In this document: in pieces, positions 35,203 to 42,234 of the stretch
Layout: each line of letters opens with the position of its first letter
Position numbering within the stretch: the first letter of the stretch is position 1
Source: an uncultured Vicinamibacteraceae bacterium
Lineage (GTDB): Bacteria; Acidobacteriota; Vicinamibacteria; Vicinamibacterales; UBA8438
Direction: 5' to 3'
DNA: 56,899 bases
Assembly (NCBI GenBank): GCA_964569405.1
Contig: CAZMWA010000108.1
Span: 1-56,899 of the forward strand
Translations under genes and position numbers: made by a program
Notes under the pieces: model-generated
What the model was told of the DNA's origin: nothing
Database searches by the model: none
What the model saw: only the letters and a program-made list of their open reading frames with translations

Positions 35203-36227
35203 TGGCCACCTCCCGTGGCGCGCGTGGTTGCGGGCAGCGGCCGCGTCCCGTTCCCGTCGAGCGACAGGAGCGGGAGCACGCCGGTCGCGTCCTCGTCGAC
35301 GTAGAGCTTGCGGCCCACCTGCGGCAGGATGCGCTGCATCGTCTCCAGGTAGAGGCGGCGGCGCGTGACCTCCGGCGCATCCTCGTACTCCTCGACGATG
35401 GCCGTGAAGCGCACGGCGTCGCCGCGCGAGCGGTTGACGCGGTCGAGCGCGTAGCCCTCGGCCTGCAGCACCGTCTGCTGCGCCTCCCCGCGCGCGCGGG
35501 GGATGACGCGGTTGTACTCCGCCCGCGCCTCGTTGATCATCCGGTCGCGCTGCTGCTGGGCCTGGTTCACCTCGTCCCACGACGGCTTGACCGGGTCCGG
35601 CGGATTGACGTCCTGCAGCACCACCTGGTCGATCGTGATCCCCATCTCGTACTGGTTGGCGAGCTCCTGCAGCCGCTCCTCCACGCGCGACTCGATCTCC
35701 TGGCGGCCGACGGTCAGGACCTCGGTGACGGTTCGGTCGCCGACGACCTCGCGCATCACGGCCTCGTTCATCGCACGGAACGTCTCGCCCAGGTTGCGCA
35801 CCTTGAAGAGGAACAGGTAGGGATCGGCCACGCGGTACTGCACGATCCACTCGACGACGGCCACGTTCAGGTCGCCGGTCAGCATGACCGCCTCGTCCGC
35901 GAACTGGCGGTCCGGCGCGTACAGCGTGCGGATGCCCGCGTCCACGGTGCGGAACCCGAACTCCTGCTTGAGCTGCCGCTGAACCGGCACCTTCAGCACC
36001 TGCTCGGCCAACGGCAGCTTGGCGCGCAACCCCGGCTCGGTGGTCCGCACGTACTCGCCGAAGCGCAGCACGATGCCCACCTCCTCGGGTTGCACCTGGT
36101 AGAGCGAGCCGAAGCCCGCCGCTACCGCGAGCAGCAGCACGACCACCGCGGCGGCCGTCCGGCGCGGAATGCGCGGGAGGCCCCCGGTGACGTTCAGCCG
36201 CCTGAACTCGATGGGTACATCAGCCAT
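35199..36227 (-). CDS. hflK: FtsH protease modulator HflK (SPFH/band-7)
   Basis: TM anchor followed by YQVQPEEVGIVLRFGEY, an SPFH domain and a coiled-coil C-terminus. Confidence 0.85.
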   Translation of the reverse strand: MADVPIEFRRLNVTGGLPRIPRRTAAAVVVLLLAVAAGFGSLYQVQPEEVGIVLRFGEYVRTTEPGLRAKLPLAEQVLKVPVQRQLKQEFGFRTVDAGIRTLYAPDRQFADEAVMLTGDLNVAVVEWIVQYRVADPYLFLFKVRNLGETFRAMNEAVMREVVGDRTVTEVLTVGRQEIESRVEERLQELANQYEMGITIDQVVLQDVNPPDPVKPSWDEVNQAQQQRDRMINEARAEYNRVIPRARGEAQQTVLQAEGYALDRVNRSRGDAVRFTAIVEEYEDAPEVTRRRLYLETMQRILPQVGRKLYVDEDATGVLPLLSLDGNGTRPLPATTRATGGGQ

Positions 36228-36264
36228 GCGTAAATCCTCCCGGACCGGCCCGCATGCGGGGCGC

Positions 36265-36293
36265 TTGTAGGCGGATCCACCTCGTACTATACA
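36265..36293 (+). promoter_or_regulatory. Sigma-70-like promoter candidate for the amidohydrolase gene
   Basis: TTGTAG-17 nt-TATACA, about 35 nt upstream of ATG 36329, in the divergent hflK/amidohydrolase spacer. Confidence 0.3.
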
Positions 36294-36328
36294 ATGCCGC
36301 CGACGCGCCGGACCGTTCCAGGTACCAC

Positions 36329-37441
36329 ATGCGCAACAAGTTAATCGCGCTGATCGCCGCTTTGTGCGTCGCCGGCCTGTCCGGCTGCGGCGCGGAGCCC
36401 GCGACGACCGCCGAGTCGCCCGCCGCGCTGTCGCTCGATACCTTCCGCATGGCCGACGCGCCGTGCTACGACCGGTCGGTGCAGCCGCAGACGTCGGTGG
36501 TCGACACCCATGTGCACTTCCGGCCGTTCGGCGGACCCGCCATTCCGTTCGAGGAGGTGCTGCAGTACTTCGAGGAGACCGGCGTGCTGTTCGCCAACGT
36601 CTACGGCATCGGGCAGACGCTGCCGGCCGGCTCCTCGTGCAGCTACTACCTGGACTGCCCCGGCACGCCGGTCACGCCGTCGCTGAAGAACGACATCGTC
36701 AACGCCTCCAACTACCTGACGAAGGCGCCGGCAAACGTCCACCTCACGCTGTCGATGACCTTCCCGGACCTGGCCGCCCCGGCGTCGATCCTGCCCGGCA
36801 TCGAGCTCCTCGACGCGGAGTACCCCGGGCTGTTCCGCTGGATGGGCGAGGTCAACCTGGTGAAGCAGGCGCTGTTCGACAACGGGCACGCGCCGGCCTC
36901 CCCGGCCGCCATCGGCGAGTGGGCCCCCTTCATGGAGGTGCTCCGCGAGCGCGGCATCCCGCTCGCCGTGCACTCGGATCTGGGGGATGACGACGATCCC
37001 ACCCGCTACCTGCCGCTGATGGAGGAGGCGCTGCGGCTGTATCCGGACAACGCGCTGGTCTGGGTCCACATGGGCCTGTCGCGGGAGCTCACCCGCATGG
37101 AGCCGGCCCGGCACGTCGAGCTGATGACGGCCATGCTGGAGAGCCACCCGAACCTCATGCTCGACATCGCCTGGCGCGTGCTCGAGGACGCGTACTTCTC
37201 GACGCCGGACGGGCAGGCGGCGTACGTCCCGTTCCTCAACGCGCACGCCGACAGGATTCTCCCGGGGACCGACTTCCTGGCGTCGCGCGACAAGGGCATC
37301 GACGTCTACCGGACCGAGCTGGAGGTCACGAGCCGCATCAACCGCTACCTCGACGACGACGCCTTCCGCAACATCGCGCTCGGTCAGAACTACTTCCGGC
37401 TGCTGGGCCTCGGCTACCAGGCGCCGCCCGTCTGCCCGTGA
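36329..37441 (+). CDS. Amidohydrolase-family (TIM-barrel metallo-hydrolase) lipoprotein
   Basis: Lipobox in MRNKLIALIAALCVAGLSGC. Metal-binding-type VVDTHVHF, AVHSD, VWVHMG. Confidence 0.7.
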   Translation: MRNKLIALIAALCVAGLSGCGAEPATTAESPAALSLDTFRMADAPCYDRSVQPQTSVVDTHVHFRPFGGPAIPFEEVLQYFEETGVLFANVYGIGQTLPAGSSCSYYLDCPGTPVTPSLKNDIVNASNYLTKAPANVHLTLSMTFPDLAAPASILPGIELLDAEYPGLFRWMGEVNLVKQALFDNGHAPASPAAIGEWAPFMEVLRERGIPLAVHSDLGDDDDPTRYLPLMEEALRLYPDNALVWVHMGLSRELTRMEPARHVELMTAMLESHPNLMLDIAWRVLEDAYFSTPDGQAAYVPFLNAHADRILPGTDFLASRDKGIDVYRTELEVTSRINRYLDDDAFRNIALGQNYFRLLGLGYQAPPVCP

Positions 37442-37469
37442 GGACGAAAGGACGCCAGCAGGGACCGCC

Positions 37470-37904
37470 ATGAAGAAACCGCCCGACGGCTGGCCGCAGA
37501 TCTCGCCCTCGGTCTTCTACGACGACGCGCGGGCCGCCATCGACTGGCTGTGCCGCGCGTTCGGGTTCGAGGTGCAGGTGAAGGTCGAGACCGGGCAGGG
37601 GCAGATCGCGCACTCGCAGCTCGTCCTCGGCGCCGGCCTAGTCATGGTCGGCCAGGCCGGCCTGACGCCGGATCGGCCCTACCTGCGCTCGCCGCGGGCG
37701 GTCGACGGCGCGAACACCCAGTCGCTGTTCGTCTACGTGGACGACGCGGACGCCCACTGCGAGCGGGCGCGCGCGGCCGGGGCCGTCATCACGGCCGAGC
37801 CCGCCACCCAGGACTACGGCGAGGGCTACTGGGCGGACAGGAGCTACCAGGCCCGCGACCCCGAGGGGCACCACTGGTGGTTCGCGCACCGCGTGCGCGG
37901 GTAG
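37470..37904 (+). CDS. VOC/glyoxalase-family protein (PhnB-like)
   Basis: 144 aa. AIDWLCRAFGFE, HSQLVLG, VYVDDADAHCERARAAGA, RDPEGHHWWF. Confidence 0.75.
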   Translation: MKKPPDGWPQISPSVFYDDARAAIDWLCRAFGFEVQVKVETGQGQIAHSQLVLGAGLVMVGQAGLTPDRPYLRSPRAVDGANTQSLFVYVDDADAHCERARAAGAVITAEPATQDYGEGYWADRSYQARDPEGHHWWFAHRVRG

Positions 37905-37926
37905 CTTGCGGCCATACCCGCCACCC

Positions 37927-38334
37927 ATGCCGCAGCAGCCTGTCGCGCGGCAACTGGAGCGGTTCTTCGCCGGGCGCGAGACCGACGAGCCGGCGGCCGT
38001 ATACCTGTTCGGCAGCGTTGCGCGCGGCGACGACCGCCCCGGCAGCGACGTCGACGTGGGCGTCCTGTTCCGGCGCGACCCGCCGCCGACGCTGGAGGGC
38101 CTGCCGTTGCGCCTGGAAGGGGAGCTCGAGCAGTTACTGCGCCGGGCCGTTCAGGTCGTGACGCTCAACACCGCCCCCGCCGATCTCCGCGCCCGCGTGC
38201 TGCGCGACGGCGTGCTGATCCTCGACCGCGACCCCTCCCTCCGCATCCGTTTCGAGGTGCGAACGCGCAACGAGTGGTTCGACCTCCAGCCGATCCTGCG
38301 GGAGTACCGGCGGGTCGCCACGCCGGCTGAATGA
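37927..38334 (+). CDS. mntA: MntA-type nucleotidyltransferase antitoxin
   Basis: GS-x10-DVD motif LFGSVARGDDRPGSDVDVGVL. ATG 37927 (the track's TTG 37906 is also possible). Stop overlaps the hepT ATG. Confidence 0.8.
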   Translation: MPQQPVARQLERFFAGRETDEPAAVYLFGSVARGDDRPGSDVDVGVLFRRDPPPTLEGLPLRLEGELEQLLRRAVQVVTLNTAPADLRARVLRDGVLILDRDPSLRIRFEVRTRNEWFDLQPILREYRRVATPAE

Positions 38335-38750
38335 CCGATCCCGACCTGCTCGCCAAGCGGCTCGCCACGATCGACACCTGCGTCCGGGAGCTCCGGGAGC
38401 TGGCCCGAACGGACGCCATCCGCACCGACGTGCGCGAGCAGCGCTTCGTCGAGCACACCCTCCAGCTCGCGATCCAAGCCGCCCTGGATGCCGCGTCGCA
38501 CATCGTGTCGGACGAGCGCCTCGGCGAGCCCCGCACGAACCGCGAGCTGTTCACCCTGCTGGCCCGCGCCGGCTGGATCGACGGAACGCTCGCCGCGAAG
38601 CTCGGCAACATGGCCGGCTTCCGGAACATCCTCGTGCACGGCTACGACACGGTGGACCTGACGGTCGTCGAGGACGTCGTGGCGCACCACCTGGACGACC
38701 TGCTCCGGTTCGCGGCGGTGGTGCGGGAGCGAGTTGGCGGAGCGCGATAG
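38331..38750 (+). CDS. hepT: HepT-type HEPN toxin (DUF86)
   Basis: R-x4-H motif in FRNILVHGY. ATGA overlap with the mntA gene. Confidence 0.85.
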   Translation: MTDPDLLAKRLATIDTCVRELRELARTDAIRTDVREQRFVEHTLQLAIQAALDAASHIVSDERLGEPRTNRELFTLLARAGWIDGTLAAKLGNMAGFRNILVHGYDTVDLTVVEDVVAHHLDDLLRFAAVVRERVGGAR

Positions 38751-38779
38751 CACCCGCACGGCTTCATCACGAGCGCCGC

Positions 38780-39394
38780 TCACGCGGTCGCCTCGGCAAT
38801 GACCGCGCGGAGCTTCTCGAAGCTGCGGGAGCGACTGCGATCCGGGTCGAAGTGGGCCGCAACCGCCCGCGCGGCTTCCACCTTGCGCAGGCCTGTCGCG
38901 AAATAGCCGTGTCGCTTCAACACCCGTTCGAAGGCCTCCCACGTGCCACCCAGAATGGCATCGGGATCCCGAAACCGCGCCTCTTGAGCCACCGTCCGAC
39001 TCACCCGCGGATAGGCGGCACAGACCGCGTCCCAATCGCCAAAGTACCAGGCTTCGAGCTCTTCGACAACGACGCGGTTGGCCACCTGCCACGCCTCTTC
39101 CGCGGCTGCCGTGCGCGACAGCAGGCCTGCGCCGCCTGCCGCCTGTTCGAGCTCCGCCTTCAGCTCCCGGCAGTCGTCATCGTCCCGGTCGACAAGCACG
39201 ATCAGCCGCCAGTCGGAAGGGAGCCAGTAGCGATAGCCGAGCAAGCGACTCGGGAGGTTGCCGAGAATATCCTGCTTGCACCGGAACGGATGGACCTCGA
39301 AAGTGCAGCCCGGCGGCAGAAGGCGTGGAAGAAGGCCTTCCAGGAACGCCTCCATCGACGGTTCTTCGACCAGAAGAACCAGGTGTTCCGCCAT
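38780..39394 (-). CDS. DUF4276 family protein (putative small TOPRIM-like nuclease partner)
   Basis: 204 aa. LVLLVEEPSMEAFLEGLLP and the acidic cluster VLVDRDDDDC. The ATG directly abuts the ATPase stop (no gap). Confidence 0.6.
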   Translation of the reverse strand: MAEHLVLLVEEPSMEAFLEGLLPRLLPPGCTFEVHPFRCKQDILGNLPSRLLGYRYWLPSDWRLIVLVDRDDDDCRELKAELEQAAGGAGLLSRTAAAEEAWQVANRVVVEELEAWYFGDWDAVCAAYPRVSRTVAQEARFRDPDAILGGTWEAFERVLKRHGYFATGLRKVEAARAVAAHFDPDRSRSRSFEKLRAVIAEATA

Positions 39395-40648
39395 CTATCC
39401 GTCGCTCGAGGCGGCGGGCCGAGTGGGCGATCCCTGGTCCACCAGCGGATCGCCGACGCCGAAGTGTCCCTCCAGCCAGAGGGAACCGAGATCCGCGCCG
39501 GCGCGCACGAATTCGGGCACGCCGAGCAAGTCGGCGACGCGCTGCGCCTGTGTGAAACCGGACTCGTCGCGCCACAGAACGCGCACCTCGTCGGCGCGCA
39601 GCGTGTGCAGAAAGAACGGGGAGTGAGTGGTGACGAGCAACTGCGTCCGCTCGCACGCCGCACGGCATTCCTCGGCCAGCTCTGGCAGCAGGCGCGGATG
39701 CAGATAGTTCTCCGGTTCCTCGATGCCGATGAACGGCGGCGGCGCCGGATCGTAGATCAGCACCAGATAGGCGAGCATCTTCAGCGTCCCGTCGGAGGCG
39801 AAGCGTGCAAGCACCGGGCTCCTGAACGGGGCGTCCTTGATTTGCAGCAGCAACCGGCCGTCCCGCATCGTGTCGGCCAGTACACGCTCGATGCGCGGCA
39901 CACGTCTGCGCAGCGTCTCGAATATGCGAGTGAGCCTCTCCGGATGACGTTCGTCGAGATACTGAATGACGTTCGCGAGGTTGTCTCCGGACCTAGTCAG
40001 CCGCTCATGCGGCCCCGCCTCCGGTTGGCCACGCGCGCTGTCGGCAGAGAGGTAGGACAGGTGCCAACCCATGATGAAGTTCCGCAAGGCGCCTACGCGC
40101 GGATGGTCCTGGAATTGTCCAAGCGCATTCACCGCAAGAAGATCGGGTGAGCTCAACGGAATCTGGACGCGCTTGTCTTGCGCGTCGGGGAGCTCCCCGC
40201 TGACGGCCTGACCGGCACCGCGCTGGTAGTCGAGGAACCGAAACGGCGCGCCGTAACTGCGCCGCTTCCAGCTCAGCCACTCGTGCACCACCACCGGCAG
40301 GCCCAGGTCCTCGTCTACAGCGAGGTGGTACGTGATGAGCGGCGTTTTCGGCCGCTCCCGGTACTTGATCTCGATCACGAGCGGCCCGTCCGTCTGGGGC
40401 CCGTCCGTCGCACGGGTCTTGAGCTCTTTCGCTCTGCCGCGCTTGTCCCACGCCCGCCGCAAGCCGGACTCGAAGCACTCCGCCAGAAACGCGAACACGT
40501 CGAATATCGTCGACTTGCCGCTGCCGTTCGGTCCGAGCAGCACGGTCAGCGGCGTGAGATTCTTGAGCTCGATGTTGCGCAGGGCGCGGAAGTTCCGGAC
40601 CCGCAGGTATTCGATGCGCGCAGGGCTGGGCGCGGCGGCTGCCGGCAT
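39395..40648 (-). CDS. ABC/SMC-head-type AAA ATPase (AAA_21/AAA_23-like)
   Basis: [17 protein letters not shown], Walker [12 protein letters not shown], Walker [25 protein letters not shown] 40648 (the track's TTG 40654 is possible). Confidence 0.85.
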   Translation of the reverse strand: MPAAAAPSPARIEYLRVRNFRALRNIELKNLTPLTVLLGPNGSGKSTIFDVFAFLAECFESGLRRAWDKRGRAKELKTRATDGPQTDGPLVIEIKYRERPKTPLITYHLAVDEDLGLPVVVHEWLSWKRRSYGAPFRFLDYQRGAGQAVSGELPDAQDKRVQIPLSSPDLLAVNALGQFQDHPRVGALRNFIMGWHLSYLSADSARGQPEAGPHERLTRSGDNLANVIQYLDERHPERLTRIFETLRRRVPRIERVLADTMRDGRLLLQIKDAPFRSPVLARFASDGTLKMLAYLVLIYDPAPPPFIGIEEPENYLHPRLLPELAEECRAACERTQLLVTTHSPFFLHTLRADEVRVLWRDESGFTQAQRVADLLGVPEFVRAGADLGSLWLEGHFGVGDPLVDQGSPTRPAASSDG

Positions 40649-40654
40649 GGTCAA

Positions 40655-40672
40655 GGAGAATCACTCCGGCAG
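40655..40672. repeat. 18-bp perfect direct repeat, copy A
   Basis: GGAGAATCACTCCGGCAG overlaps the stop codon of 40661..40906. An identical copy lies at 42209-42226. Confidence 0.85.
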
Positions 40673-40906
40673 GCCCAGTATGGCCAGCACGCCCCCAAGG
40701 ATGGCGAGCGTCTGTGCGAGCATCGTACCCGCGAAGCGCAACGTCTGGCGAACCTCAAGGCTGGCGAGCTCGGCGTGCAACGCCTCCGGTGTCACGTGGT
40801 CGCCGTGCTCGGCGGCCTCACGAACGGCGTCTGCGATCGTGTCTGCCCGCTCGGTCGAGAGGCCTGTGCCCGTCAACCTGCGAGCGATGGCATACGTATC
40901 GAGCAC
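40661..40906 (-). CDS. Small C-terminally membrane-anchored protein, DUF1640-like
   Basis: GTG start. LDTYAIARRLTGTGLSTERADTIADAVREA followed by a C-terminal TM helix. TGtTAGCAT lies 6 nt upstream of the start. Confidence 0.5.
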   Translation of the reverse strand: MLDTYAIARRLTGTGLSTERADTIADAVREAAEHGDHVTPEALHAELASLEVRQTLRFAGTMLAQTLAILGGVLAILGLPE

Positions 40907-40957
40907 GAAATCATGCTAACACGGGCACGCAGGCCGCCCTCCGCACCAACCTCGTCT

Positions 40958-41470
40958 TCATGAACCGCTGAGCAGCCGCCGCGCGCGGGCGGCACGGGCC
41001 GCGTTGGGATCCGCCGCGGCCGGGACCCGCGCCAGCCGCTCGACGTAGCGTGGCGGCAGGGCATGCTCGATCGCACCCGCGACGACAAGATCGCGATACC
41101 AGTCGAAGGGCACGCAAGATGCATCGAGATGCTGCTCGCCGGCCACGTAGGTCATCGCGTTGACCATGTGCGCAGCCGACAGTCGAAGTCTCACGGTATG
41201 CCGGACGTAGCCTCCGACGTGTACTCCCTCCGCGCGGTCGAGACTCTCGGCGTCGGTTTCCGCCACCTCGTACAGCACACCGAATGCAGCCGCCGCCTCG
41301 TCGGCGGTTGTAACGAGGGTGCACTTGCCCGACCCGTCCGCCCCTACCTTGTGAAACCGCACCACGAACCCGGGCGCCTTTGCGATACCGTACGCAACGG
41401 CCGACGGCGCGCGCGACGAATCGGTCAGGCGCCGAGTCAGCATGTTCGAGCCGTACGCGAAGTACTTCAC
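40958..41470 (-). CDS. Gamma-glutamylcyclotransferase-family (AIG2/GGACT-like) protein
   Basis: MKYFAYGSNM opening and LDRAEG catalytic-Glu context. The GTG start overlaps the upstream TGA (GTGA). Confidence 0.85.
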   Translation of the reverse strand: MKYFAYGSNMLTRRLTDSSRAPSAVAYGIAKAPGFVVRFHKVGADGSGKCTLVTTADEAAAAFGVLYEVAETDAESLDRAEGVHVGGYVRHTVRLRLSAAHMVNAMTYVAGEQHLDASCVPFDWYRDLVVAGAIEHALPPRYVERLARVPAAADPNAARAARARRLLSGS

Positions 41471-42153
41471 GGTCGTGTCTGCTTACTCATTCGGAACGCG
41501 ACGACGACGCGAATAAGGAAGTTCGTCTTCGTCACCAGATGCTGGCGCATGAGCAGTAGCCCCAGCGCAATCGCGACCAGCCCGACGATCGCCGCCATCC
41601 CGTCGCAGCGAAAGCCGCAGAGCGCGAGTGCGACGATACCGGCGGACAATAGCGCCGCCGCCATCCCAAGGCGCAGATGCCAGAGCGTGTTGTATCGCTC
41701 GATGAAGACGGCGTGAAGCTTGGGTTGCGCGCGCAGTACCGACATCTCCAAGCCCATATGGACATCGCTGTCCGACTTGACGGCCAGGTGTCGGAAACCC
41801 GACTTCCTCCCGGTGGCCCCCCGCACCCTCTGTCTGGCTGCCTCGTACCTCGCCACGTGCTGGGAGCAGCGAAAGGCGGCGACCCACCACTTCTGCAGGC
41901 AGAAACCAATGGCAAGAAGCACATGTCCCATGCCGAACAGCACGATCACCGCAACGAACAGGAGGGCGATCTGAACGCGAACGTCTTCAAGGATCGGCGC
42001 GATGACATTTGCTCGACACTCGTTGAGCTTCGACCACCACGGCACGCTGGAAACGACCGCGAACATCGTGCCGGTGACAATGTAGTGGAACAAATCGCGG
42101 CCGAACGACGCGGTTCGCTCGTAGAGGGAGTCGACGATATTGGACGGCGCCAT
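41467..42153 (-). CDS. Four-TM membrane protein, unknown family
   Basis: 228 aa with four hydrophobic helices and a ~75-aa basic loop. Sense-like composition in the lowest-GC part of the window. Confidence 0.65.
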   Translation of the reverse strand: MAPSNIVDSLYERTASFGRDLFHYIVTGTMFAVVSSVPWWSKLNECRANVIAPILEDVRVQIALLFVAVIVLFGMGHVLLAIGFCLQKWWVAAFRCSQHVARYEAARQRVRGATGRKSGFRHLAVKSDSDVHMGLEMSVLRAQPKLHAVFIERYNTLWHLRLGMAAALLSAGIVALALCGFRCDGMAAIVGLVAIALGLLLMRQHLVTKTNFLIRVVVAFRMSKQTRP

Positions 42154-42208
42154 GACCGGCTACTCTACCAGTCGTCGAGAGCGACCAATCAACCACCACC
42201 CGGCGACG

Positions 42209-42226
42209 GGAGAATCACTCCGGCAG
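42209..42226. repeat. 18-bp perfect direct repeat, copy B
   Basis: GGAGAATCACTCCGGCAG lies between the membrane-protein start (42153) and the amidase stop (42235). Confidence 0.85.
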
Positions 42227-42234
42227 AGTTCGCC

